DNA from: Candidatus Binatus sp.
Lineage (GTDB): Bacteria; Desulfobacterota; Binatia; Binatales; Binataceae
Assembly: GCF_049584895.1 (NCBI RefSeq)
Contig: NZ_JBAUYR010000001.1
Coordinates: forward strand, 321 to 64,320
DNA: 64,000 bases
Direction: 5' to 3'
The notes beneath the pieces are model-generated. The model searched no databases, was not told the origin of the DNA, and saw nothing but the letters and a program-made list of their open reading frames with translations. Below, piece by piece: positions 8,085 to 17,124 of this stretch. Each line of letters starts with the position of its first letter. The first letter of the stretch is position 1. Made by a program: the position numbers and the translations under genes.

Positions 8085-10403
8085 CTATTTCTTTTTCCCG
8101 CGCTGCGGAGTGCCTGGGGTCCGAGTATTGCCGTTTGCGATGGTCGCGTCAAATATCGTGTTGCGTCGCCAGGCGGTTCCCACACGCGAACACATTTCCT
8201 GGCCGGTATCTCCTATCATCACACCTGAGACCCAGAATGGATCGATTGGGTTCAATGTATATATCGGGTATGCGCCAGTGCTATCGCATTGCTCCGGTAC
8301 AAGTCCAAGGGTTCCAACGATTGGGAAAGTTGGATAGTCGAAGACTCTGATCGACAGCGGTGCAAGCAGGCCTGTAGCCGGGTTTCCAGAAGAGTCTTTG
8401 ATTCCTGTGAATTGCCGAAGCAGTGCTACCAGCGATTGGTAATTCGCCAGAGCGCAGTCTTCCGCGTCCATGACCTGTTTTAGTGATATGCTGTGAAACT
8501 CGTTTCCAGTCAGGAAGTGACTCAGCCCGAGCTGCTTCAAATAAGTTACTATTGAACCCCGAGCTGGTGTTCCCGGTGCAGAAAGAATTTCGAGCACGCG
8601 CATATCCTGTGCTTCCTGACTTCTGCCGAGTTCAGGAAAGAGCTCGGTCTCGACAGTCACTAGCGGGTCGGGTTCGGGCGACCTCGTGACTCCGACCAGC
8701 CAGGAAATATCCGGATTAACTAGTTTCGACTTGAGAGATAGCTGCCCATACACTTCGTACGACGTTACAGCATTCCAATCGGTACCTGCGAAAATATACA
8801 GCGGGATTAACGCCGGGCGCTTGATGCGAGGATTGCGCTTTTCCCACCATGACACCGGCACCGCGAAAGCCAGTTCACGATCTGAATACCTGGTGTCTTT
8901 GTCGCCGGCTGCAGTCATCCCTTCGAAGTTGGTACCTATGAGACATACGACCGAGTGTGATCCATAAGCGTCCTTGATCTGACCCGAAACTTCAAACTTG
9001 AAGAAATCATTCTGCAGGTACCTATCGACCAGGTCTTGTAGCGTGTCTTTGTTCGCTCTAAGAGGCATCACGCGGAGCGTCATTTCCGGGAAATGGTAAG
9101 GACCGCTCACCTCCTCACTTGCACCGCTTCCCAGATTCAGATACGCGATCTCTCTGCGCGGTATTTGTTTGAGCGAATCGCCACTAGACCATGTGGTGGT
9201 ATTTGTGCGCCAGCATTGCGAGTAAGCCAGCCCATAGCCCAAGTCCATCTTTAGCCAGAATGGCATCGTAGGTCGCAGTGTCGATGCAGGCTTCCCTCCG
9301 ATGCTCGAATATTCAGAAGTCTCAAGTCCGAGAGTCCGCACGATCGGCTGAGCTACGCTATTGAGTAGGTTGATGTAAATTCCGCCGGAAATATCACCCG
9401 CAAGCGGATCGAAAAGAGAGCCACCATCGATCGTTCTCTCGATTTGCATCCTGGATCCGACAAGGGCTTGAAAGCATGCAGCCGAGGAACTATGCACGTC
9501 GCGGATTTGCTTCATAGTGACAATGTTGAAGGGAGCTACCACAGCACCTTGATCCGAGGGCTGACGGGATGCTGCATTTTCCGGAGGTGCGCGGAAAGAA
9601 CGAGGGGCAATCGAGTTCGCCAGTCCGTAAAAGCGCGACAACATCTCCTCCAGAGACTTCAGATCGCGATCGGAGTAGCCCACCGGGAAAAGGCCTGCAG
9701 TTTCGAAAATGCTGTAGGCAGCTGTTACCGAACCGGCTATTGCCCGCGGAATCGCGCTGAAAAGATCGGTCAGAGCCGAGCTTGCCGACACGAAAGCCCG
9801 GCGTTGAAAGATCTGGAGAAACTCCTCAATGTCCGAGGCTTCACCGTAGTTAGTGCCCGACGTCACGAGGCTGATGCTAGCCAGGCGGCGCGCGTTGCCC
9901 GCCTCGAAAATCGATGGGGAGGCGTCGAGCTTGATTGCAGACTTTGACCACCCATAGATCTTTCGACCACCGGATAATGAAAGTGGGTTATCCACGAATA
10001 TAAATGGAAATACCATCGCCCAGTCGACGAATACCCACTCGTTCTTGTCCTTCTTGTAGCATCTAAGCGGTACGCCAAATGCCAGCTCATGCTGCGAAAA
10101 CCATCCTAGATTTCTCGATGTAGTAGCCATCTCCCCGTAGTCAACGACCTGCATCAAGACCCATGGAACCGCGGGCTTGAAGTGAAGCGGTAATTCCTCG
10201 TCCAGGTTGAGATAGCTATCGCAAAATTCCTGGAGCCGGTTCATGCTGGCTTTCAGCGGAAATATCTGCGTCACCACGTCGCTGTATTTCTGCTCCAGAT
10301 GCGCCGGTAGAGCTAGAAATTCACCGAGCGCCAGGTTGTATTCAGGCAGGATAGTGCCGACAGGCTTAGATCTTCGATTCGTCCGGCGCTTTTTCTTCGC
10401 CAT
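8085..10403 (-). CDS. hypothetical 772-aa protein with two tandem homologous halves (possibly acetoacetate-decarboxylase-like folds) and Lys/Arg-rich termini
   Basis: Long uninterrupted ORF lying 9 nt downstream of the polyprenyl synthase. Both halves show the ordered motifs L[KR]A..+.LQ-[FL][CV]D.YL, [HR]ELAF[GA]VP[LV], an I[FY]-rich strand ending in YG and F+-I[TS][ML]KQ. The pattern VD....GR-.YG..K resembles the ADC family. No confident family match from memory. Confidence 0.6.
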   Translation of the reverse strand: MAKKKRRTNRRSKPVGTILPEYNLALGEFLALPAHLEQKYSDVVTQIFPLKASMNRLQEFCDSYLNLDEELPLHFKPAVPWVLMQVVDYGEMATTSRNLGWFSQHELAFGVPLRCYKKDKNEWVFVDWAMVFPFIFVDNPLSLSGGRKIYGWSKSAIKLDASPSIFEAGNARRLASISLVTSGTNYGEASDIEEFLQIFQRRAFVSASSALTDLFSAIPRAIAGSVTAAYSIFETAGLFPVGYSDRDLKSLEEMLSRFYGLANSIAPRSFRAPPENAASRQPSDQGAVVAPFNIVTMKQIRDVHSSSAACFQALVGSRMQIERTIDGGSLFDPLAGDISGGIYINLLNSVAQPIVRTLGLETSEYSSIGGKPASTLRPTMPFWLKMDLGYGLAYSQCWRTNTTTWSSGDSLKQIPRREIAYLNLGSGASEEVSGPYHFPEMTLRVMPLRANKDTLQDLVDRYLQNDFFKFEVSGQIKDAYGSHSVVCLIGTNFEGMTAAGDKDTRYSDRELAFAVPVSWWEKRNPRIKRPALIPLYIFAGTDWNAVTSYEVYGQLSLKSKLVNPDISWLVGVTRSPEPDPLVTVETELFPELGRSQEAQDMRVLEILSAPGTPARGSIVTYLKQLGLSHFLTGNEFHSISLKQVMDAEDCALANYQSLVALLRQFTGIKDSSGNPATGLLAPLSIRVFDYPTFPIVGTLGLVPEQCDSTGAYPIYTLNPIDPFWVSGVMIGDTGQEMCSRVGTAWRRNTIFDATIANGNTRTPGTPQRGKKK

Positions 10404-10412
10404 AGATTCCCC

Positions 10413-11444
10413 CTAGTTCCGTTCGATCACCCACGTGGCCATTTGTTCGAGAAATCTTTTGTCGCGTGAATCGGGCAGTCCGGCGCTAACGAGTGAGTAT
10501 TCGTGCAGAGCGGCGCCCGCCAATCCATGTGCTATCTGGCGCGCATACTCTGTGCATCCATACTTATCCATCAGCTTGCGTATCCACCGGACCTCCGAAG
10601 GTGCTCGTTCTTCTCTCGGCCTGCAAAGGATTTCCGATAGCCGCGCGCGCTCCTTTCTGGTTGATTCTTGTATGGTACGAATCAACATCAGCGTTCGCTT
10701 GCCTTCCCAGATATCGCCGTCAATCTCCTTGCCATAGCCGTCGTCCCCCACAAGGTTGAGCAGATCGTCCTGGATCTGAAACGCGGCACCGAGAAAAAAT
10801 CCGTAACGCACGAAAGGATCCAGATCCACTGAGTCGCGGCTCCCGATCAATGCACCGACGCGAACCGGATAAATCGTCGCCAGCCAACAGGTCTTCTTCA
10901 GTACCATTTCCATGTAGTCAGCGTCGTCGATTTCAGTTGTGTTGTATCGGCGCCACCCGAGTTCCATGGCCTGCCCCTCTGCACACTCACGGGCCATTCG
11001 CTGGGTCTCTTCGATAATTCGGATGGTAAGCCGTTCGCCGATCCGGGCTCGATTGTCGAGCAACGGTTTGAAGCTCATGAGTGTCAAAGTGTCGCCGGCA
11101 TTGAGCGCGAGTGGCACGCCGTGCAGAAGATGCAAAGTCGGACGGCCGCGCCGCTTCTCGCTTCCGTCTTCGATATCGTCATGGATAAGTAGCGCGTTGT
11201 GCAGCATCTCGATCGCGACTGCCGTCTGCATAGCATTCTCGAGTGGCGCGCCGAACAGACGCGCTGCCGCGATGCACATGCTAGAGCGCATCATTTTCCC
11301 GCCGCGTTGCGGATAATCACTCAGTAGATCATACAGGTAGCGCCTCGGTTCCCTGGATGGCAGGTATTTGATGAGAGCAGCGCGGGTGAGATCCCCGTAT
11401 TCACGCAGCATCTCGTGGACTAGCGATGATGTGGTAGCGCTCAA
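10413..11444 (-). CDS. trans-polyprenyl diphosphate synthase (GGPP-synthase-like)
   Basis: 343 aa with the first Asp-rich motif LIHDDIEDGSEKRRGRPT and the second FQIQDDLLNLVGD. A small residue (Ala) five positions before the first motif suggests a product of C20 or longer. Confidence 0.85.
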   Translation of the reverse strand: MSATTSSLVHEMLREYGDLTRAALIKYLPSREPRRYLYDLLSDYPQRGGKMMRSSMCIAAARLFGAPLENAMQTAVAIEMLHNALLIHDDIEDGSEKRRGRPTLHLLHGVPLALNAGDTLTLMSFKPLLDNRARIGERLTIRIIEETQRMARECAEGQAMELGWRRYNTTEIDDADYMEMVLKKTCWLATIYPVRVGALIGSRDSVDLDPFVRYGFFLGAAFQIQDDLLNLVGDDGYGKEIDGDIWEGKRTLMLIRTIQESTRKERARLSEILCRPREERAPSEVRWIRKLMDKYGCTEYARQIAHGLAGAALHEYSLVSAGLPDSRDKRFLEQMATWVIERN

Positions 11445-11462
11445 CGGGTTATAGCCAGTTCC

Positions 11463-12182
11463 TTAGTCAGCAATTCGAATGCTCAGCGTTCCTCGAACGT
11501 CGCCGCTGTTTCGATTCACGATTACGCCAGAGTAGATACCGGCAGGTTGACTGTCCAGAATTTGAAGGCGCAGTTTAATCCGGCCCGGAACCTCGTCGGG
11601 TACTAAGCTGATATCTCTCAGTGCTGGCTTGTTGGAATCGATTGCGTGCAAGCCCAGCGAAACGAGTGACTGAGCCTCGGAGTTCGGCTGGAGTTCAATT
11701 GACACCTGGACGGGTCGGACCGAGACTACTTCGATGGATACCGCCATCGTGTTGGTGTTCTTACCGTTAACAGGCGGTGGCTTGGCTTCGGGCGGCGGCG
11801 CTTGACCGTTTCGCGACGGATCTACCTTCACCAAGGTCGCCAGCGTCTCGATCCAGAGTGGAAGCATCTCAGCCTGGAACCGCAACGTGCGTTCGAGAAC
11901 GTCTTGCAAATTGTCGTTTGTCGCGCGGGTCGCATAAGGCTGACTGCTGAGGCCTTGGGCGGTTCGCCGTCCCTCGGCGATATACTTGTCGATCACGCTG
12001 TACGCCAGTTCGACGCCCTTCGCCAACGGACCGCCGCCGGCTTTCCGCGGCGGATCGGCCGGGACTGGCCTGGCAGGATGAGTTCCGTTCAAGGAATCCT
12101 GACGGCTGTAGAGTTTGGAGAAATCGCGACTAGGTCCAACTCGCGCCGGATCAACGCGATGAAGTCGTTTGCGAACGCTCAT
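11463..12182 (-). CDS. hypothetical protein (helical N-half, Pro-rich linker, beta-rich C-half)
   Basis: 239-aa ORF sitting 18 nt from both neighbours in the same operon. The linker reads QAPPPEAKPPPVNG. The C-half VSIEVVSVRPVQVSIELQP...GIYSGVIVNRNSGDVRGTLSIRIAD looks like a beta-sandwich. No family recognised. Confidence 0.55.
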   Translation of the reverse strand: MSVRKRLHRVDPARVGPSRDFSKLYSRQDSLNGTHPARPVPADPPRKAGGGPLAKGVELAYSVIDKYIAEGRRTAQGLSSQPYATRATNDNLQDVLERTLRFQAEMLPLWIETLATLVKVDPSRNGQAPPPEAKPPPVNGKNTNTMAVSIEVVSVRPVQVSIELQPNSEAQSLVSLGLHAIDSNKPALRDISLVPDEVPGRIKLRLQILDSQPAGIYSGVIVNRNSGDVRGTLSIRIAD

Positions 12183-12200
12183 GTTCCACCTGGCAAAGTC

Positions 12201-14408
12201 TCAAGGATGGTCGAAGGCGACTATGTCTTCAAGTGCAGGTGAAGATGAAATCGCGTGTGCCGCAAGCCTGCCGGAAATGACGGCCGCTTCGACGCATCCT
12301 GCATCCAGCCCGCACGTCGTCCAGTCGCCCGCTATTGTAAGGTTATCGTATGTGTTATCGAGTGGTGAGATTCGATATTTCTGGGTGCCGGGCAGCGAAA
12401 GGACATACCGTTCGCTGGGATTCACATTTGCCGTCCAATACTGGGAGTCAAAACGAGCTTCATCGCCGGCGCAAGCTCTACGGCCGGGTGCTTTCTCGTT
12501 AGAATCGATCAATAAGTCCCACTTGAATTTTCCCTGCTGCGTCGTCGCCTTAGGCCATAGCTGACCGATCTCACGATTGAGATAACGAATTGCGTTTTCC
12601 CGCACCTCTAATCGCCGCTGCACGAGGTAATTGTCAGCAGACACTTCGCGCGGCGATAGAGGATCTTTCAGTACGCTGCAGAAGTAAGCGATGGCCTTTG
12701 GGCTTACCTTCCACCGCTCCTCGCGGATCAGATGGCTCATGTCCGCCCAGGTCTCGAAGGGTTGCACGAATGCCGACAGCGCCAGCGGTGGGTCGTTCCA
12801 TCCTAGCTGTTCCATATCTTCGCGAAGCCAGATCTGATACGCTTGGGTGTTAACAGTTTTCAAATGCTTCACCATATCGCGCCAGCGCTCATCGCGTTCT
12901 ATAAGCTCTTGACACACATATGGAATAGCTCCCAATCCCACTCCCAGCACGACGAAATCGAAATCTTCGGCCACACGCAAGATCCTTGTCGCGATGCGTC
13001 TGCGGTCCCAATGCGATTCAAAATCCCGTTTTTCGCTTTCGAAACTACTGCCGTCGATCAACTGCGAGTAGTCTGGCCGCGACGGCCAACACGGTAGTCC
13101 GTCTACGTCGATCAGCGGTTCGTATTCCTTTCCGTTTCTGACTTTTGCCTGGACATCGAACTCCAACGCTTTGACGTAGGCGCGCTCTCCCGGCGCAAGA
13201 TCCGCGGGATCCGCCAACCTAACTCTTTCCAAGCGATGGAAAAATCTGAAACCTACTCCCCGCTTTTTGAGTAACTCGTACATCGGCGCAAAGACTGTGT
13301 CTCCCATGCCGGCATGCATCTTCCAAAAGATCGCGCCGCGCGAGCTGAATAGCATTCGCAATGCGCCGCGTAGCGCAACTCCCGCACCGTGTCGCGGACG
13401 CTGATAGTCGCCATTCTCATAGGCGAAAACCAGATCGTAAGCTCCGCGGATAAATGGCGACTCGAGCGACTTGTCCGACGCGCCGTTGATTCGCAACCAC
13501 TCGCGAAAGTCGTAGTCGTTGATCGCATCGAAACCTCGCGGATCCGAAATCAGCCCGAAGCGCAGAATCCCGCGCATCGATGCCATCGCCAAATCGATTC
13601 CTTGCCATAACACAAGCAACTCGGGGTCGTTCTCAATCATCGCCTCGATTTGACGGCGAGCACTCGATGCTATGACTTCCAGAAGCTGCGCGATCCCATC
13701 TAATGGATAAGTCAAACGCGGGGCAAGCAGCGTCTCGAGCATTTCGACTGCTTCGATCAGGCCGGCGGTCGTCGCAATCAGGCCTAACCTCAGGAGGCGT
13801 GCTATACGCTTAGCAGGATCATCAGCGGATTCGCCACTGTTCGGCATTGACTTATGCGACGGTCCCGCTTGGTAAGTGGCGCCCCCTTCGTTTGTCGAAG
13901 TTCTGCCGCTTCGGCCCGCTTGCACCGCGAGCAGCAGCGTCCGCACGATGCTGGCTGTACGCGCGAGATAGGATGTGACGGTAAATGGATCGTTCTCGTC
14001 GATAGGATCACCAGGGAGGCCGTCGCCTGGGGGGAAGTACGATAAAAAATTCCAATAGGTGCCGTTGCGCGACCGCTTGGCGAGGCCGATGAAGGGCGCT
14101 GGCGAGAATGCGTCGCGCCAATCTGCGATTCTGCATTTGCGCCGATCGCGCTTCAACTCCACGTAGCATTCGCGTATCAGCCGAAATGCATTCTCGTAGG
14201 ATCCCATCCATAGGTGAAGCCCGTGTTCTTCGATTCTATCGGCTGGACCGCGCCCCGAAGCTCCTTTGCCGCCAAGTCGCCAGCCGAGTTGATAGATTGT
14301 TACCTGGTATTTGCCCTTGTGCGCGGGGCGGCTCAGTTCGAAAGCAGCGGAGATCGCAGCGCATCCGCCACCTATGACGGCAACTCTGATCGGCTTCTGT
14401 TTGGGCAA
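12201..14408 (-). CDS. FAD/NAD(P)-binding oxidoreductase, phytoene-desaturase/HpnE-like (COG3349-type) with large insertions
   Basis: 735 aa with a TTG start and GAGGAA RBS. It has the dinucleotide motif IRVAVIGGGCAAISAAFEL, then RLGGK and EHGLHLWMGSYENAFRLIRE (compare EHGLH.FFGAY.N in plant-type desaturases). The C-terminal flavin motif is LTIAGDWT.CGLDAGCVEAAVISGRLAA. Confidence 0.75.
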   Translation of the reverse strand: MPKQKPIRVAVIGGGCAAISAAFELSRPAHKGKYQVTIYQLGWRLGGKGASGRGPADRIEEHGLHLWMGSYENAFRLIRECYVELKRDRRKCRIADWRDAFSPAPFIGLAKRSRNGTYWNFLSYFPPGDGLPGDPIDENDPFTVTSYLARTASIVRTLLLAVQAGRSGRTSTNEGGATYQAGPSHKSMPNSGESADDPAKRIARLLRLGLIATTAGLIEAVEMLETLLAPRLTYPLDGIAQLLEVIASSARRQIEAMIENDPELLVLWQGIDLAMASMRGILRFGLISDPRGFDAINDYDFREWLRINGASDKSLESPFIRGAYDLVFAYENGDYQRPRHGAGVALRGALRMLFSSRGAIFWKMHAGMGDTVFAPMYELLKKRGVGFRFFHRLERVRLADPADLAPGERAYVKALEFDVQAKVRNGKEYEPLIDVDGLPCWPSRPDYSQLIDGSSFESEKRDFESHWDRRRIATRILRVAEDFDFVVLGVGLGAIPYVCQELIERDERWRDMVKHLKTVNTQAYQIWLREDMEQLGWNDPPLALSAFVQPFETWADMSHLIREERWKVSPKAIAYFCSVLKDPLSPREVSADNYLVQRRLEVRENAIRYLNREIGQLWPKATTQQGKFKWDLLIDSNEKAPGRRACAGDEARFDSQYWTANVNPSERYVLSLPGTQKYRISPLDNTYDNLTIAGDWTTCGLDAGCVEAAVISGRLAAHAISSSPALEDIVAFDHP

Positions 14409-14417
14409 ACCATTTCC

Positions 14418-15543
14418 TCACGCAATCGGATCCTCGGCGCTCGCGCAACCGAACGAAACATCTAATATACGCGCGAGTACGTCAACCGTGATGATGCCGG
14501 TCGGCGACCGTGCTAGATAGCACTGTGCCGACGCCCCTATCGACGTCGGCACAGCCGCCAGCCCCTTGCTATCGCAAGGTTTATTTTCGAGCGTTCTCCG
14601 ACTACGGGTGACTGCTCGCGAGCTCCAGGTTCCCGGTTGTAAAGAACGCATTGTCCACAGCGCCGGCGCCAGCATTCGCCGCTCGCCAAGAAATCGATAG
14701 TCGAAGTTGGCGGGATTCGCGGAAAAGCCAAAGAGCGAATCCGAATCCACGTTGTTGGCAAAAGCCGCCACCGGACTATTTGCCACGCCCGCGAATGTCC
14801 CGCCGCCTTCACCTGCGCCAAAGGTCGGCGGTGATGCTATCGGATCCGATTGGGACGACTCGGTTTCGCGCCGCAGCCGTCGGGCCTCACGATTGTACAT
14901 CCAGATGTCATCGGCTCGGTTCGGATCTATGTAACGAAATCGAAGCAACCCGTAACCGTTCATTGCTGAAGGTTCAAGGGATCGGCGGTACTTCAACCCG
15001 TCCGACATTGTTGTACTGCGCCATGTGCCCCACGATGAAGTAGTTCACCGGAGTTGAGTCGTTCCATGGAGAATAGGTGGCCATTTCCGGATAGCGAATG
15101 TCGAAGTCGTCCGAATACATCGGCCGATAGGTGTAGTTCCAGATTATCTTGGTAGCTATCGCAGGATCGTTCGCATCGAGCAAAGGAAACGGGAGACCAG
15201 CGACGTATCCGTTGAGCGACCCATCCGCACTCAGGGTGACCTGCGGCGAATACCTTTCGGTTGCGACTCGGTATGGTGGTGGCCAATCAAGCCGGCTCGA
15301 AGCGACGATACGAACCGGGACTCCTCGCGTCACCAGCACGTAGCTGCCCGGACTCAAGTACGCTTGGGCAACCGAAGCATTCGTAGTGGTAATCGTTTCG
15401 TCCGGCCGGATTGTATCCGTAGGCTGCACAGAGTCGATAGTCGCTGTGGTTGTTACACTCACCTGCGCGGCTGAACTGTAGGAAGGTAGTGCGACCATCA
15501 TTGCGATGGTCAGGAGTGGGAGAAGATTTTTCCCGGTTCTCAT
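14418..15543 (-). pseudogene. DUF1329 (LolA-like outer-membrane lipoprotein-sorting family) gene, frameshifted and probably 3'-truncated
   Basis: Two overlapping ORFs in different frames (14974-15543 and 14418-15008). The first has a signal peptide plus GYVAGLPFPLLD...IIWNYTYR. The second has DIWMYNREARRLRRE and FDYRFLGERRML. Together they follow the DUF1329 order, but the tail after RRML is short and unlike the family. Confidence 0.55.
14510..14554. promoter_or_regulatory. 14-nt palindrome GTGCTAGATAGCAC abutting an 11-bp-stem hairpin, about 100 nt upstream of the isoprenoid-type operon
   Basis: Read directly from the sequence. GTGCTA-GA-TAGCAC lies at 14510-14523. CTGTGCCGACG (14523-14533) pairs with CGTCGGCACAG (14544-14554) around a 10-nt loop. 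The function (operator or terminator) is inferred only. Confidence 0.25.
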
Positions 15544-15718
15544 AGGGGTTGCCTCATATTCCCAAGCATAGGTTGGAAACGTCGGTGGATTTATCGAGCC
15601 CAGTTATCAAGCAATCAATGGACCAGCTCTCGTTTGTAGAGCTAAAACGGTGAGTCAATTGAAATCGTAGCGGAATAAGCCGACAAATGTTGAGGAATCA
15701 GTCGAGCGGTCGAACGTG

Positions 15719-16946
15719 CTACTCTCGCGTAATAATTTTGTGCGTGTCTAGATAGGACGTGATCGGTGTCGCGCTGGCTTCAGGATCCGCTATCGCCACG
15801 TAGCCATCGGGCCTCACCAAATATGCCGCGTTGCGTCGCAACCCAATGGCTCCCATTTCAGGACGCCATGGAAAGACGTGCAGCGGTAATTTCCGCGAGT
15901 TGCACGACGAGCGAAAATCGGGCGTTTCGTTACCGTAAATGTGGACTTGCCAATCCATCGAGGTCAGCGGCTTGAAGTTATCCGCATCGACGCCGTCCAT
16001 CTTCACCCAAGGCAACCGGTCGCCGCCGTGAACCTCGCCCGCGCGCCCCACGCTCAGCTTGCTCTCACGGTAGTTCACCCGTATCTGAGAAATTGTGAGA
16101 AACATAAACCGCCGCATCTGCGGGAGCTTGAACAGCGATGGAATCACGATCGGCACGAGATGCAATCGCACCAACCGCGCGAGCGCACTACGGCTGGTCA
16201 CACCGGTGAAGGCTCGATCTGTAGTGGCGACGAGCCGCCGGGCGAAAGCGATCCTTTCAGGCTCGTAACTGTCCAGGATCGAAGCGTCGGCATGTCCTCG
16301 CAGCACAGCAGCGAGTTTCCACGCGAGATTCACTGCGTCGCTGATGCCAGTATTCATCCCCTGTCCGCCCACGGGACTGTGGATGTGCGCGGCATCGCCG
16401 AGAAGGAACGCGCGTCCCTGGCTGAAATGATCCGCGACGCGATGATACACGCGATAGGTCGAAAACCAGTTCACGCGCTCGACCTCGATGCGCATCCGCC
16501 TGATCACCTCCTTGCTCACATCGTCCCACGAGAGGTCATCGTGCTGATGTTCGGCTTCCTCGCCCACCGTTCCGACCAGCCGAGCGCGGCCCTCGCCTTT
16601 CAGCGGGAAGGCGAACAGAAAATCGCTGGTGTCGAGCGCTAGGTGCAGCTCGCCGTTCATCGTCGGTCCCCACAACGTGTCCTTCTCTCTTGCCCGACAC
16701 CCACAGATTCGCTGCGACGGCCTTTCGCCCGCGCTCGACGACTGCTTTGGCAAGCCCGATTTGATCGTACAACTCGAGCGTGCGTGCCTGTACCGCGAGT
16801 GCCCGCGACGTCGTCCCCGGCTCCGACGTCTTATCGACGATCCTCACGCGCACACCAAATCGAGTCAGCCACAACCCCAACACCAGCCCAGTCGGCCCAG
16901 CGCCTACAATAAGAACCTCAGTGTCATGACTCGAAGGCGAATTCAT
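15719..16946 (-). pseudogene. FAD-dependent aromatic-ring monooxygenase (PheA/TfdB-type), frameshifted with an internal deletion
   Basis: The N-terminal ORF (16536-16946) has EVLIVGAGPTGLVLGLWL. The second ORF (15719-16753) has GDAAHIHSPVGGQGMNTGISDAVNLAWKL. The frames switch near 16660-16680. The expected roughly 100 aa carrying the GxDGxxS motif between them is absent. Confidence 0.6.
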
Positions 16947-17124
16947 CTCGAAGACAAGCCGATCTTACGACAGACTTCCCATCGAGACCACGAACGTCTG
17001 CAAGGCCCGGAGACGGAGCTACGGAGCACCCTTGATCGACCGCTCCTCCGCTTAACTTGATAGCCCCGTGCTGCTTCCGCCGTCCGCGCAGGGTGTGGTA
17101 GTAACCGAGGCCACAGGAGACCCG

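Noticed and set aside
9444-9947. 167-aa plus-strand ORF inside the 772-aa gene
   Set aside because: It is antisense to a long ORF that shows internal-repeat structure and operon coupling. It has no motifs and no RBS.
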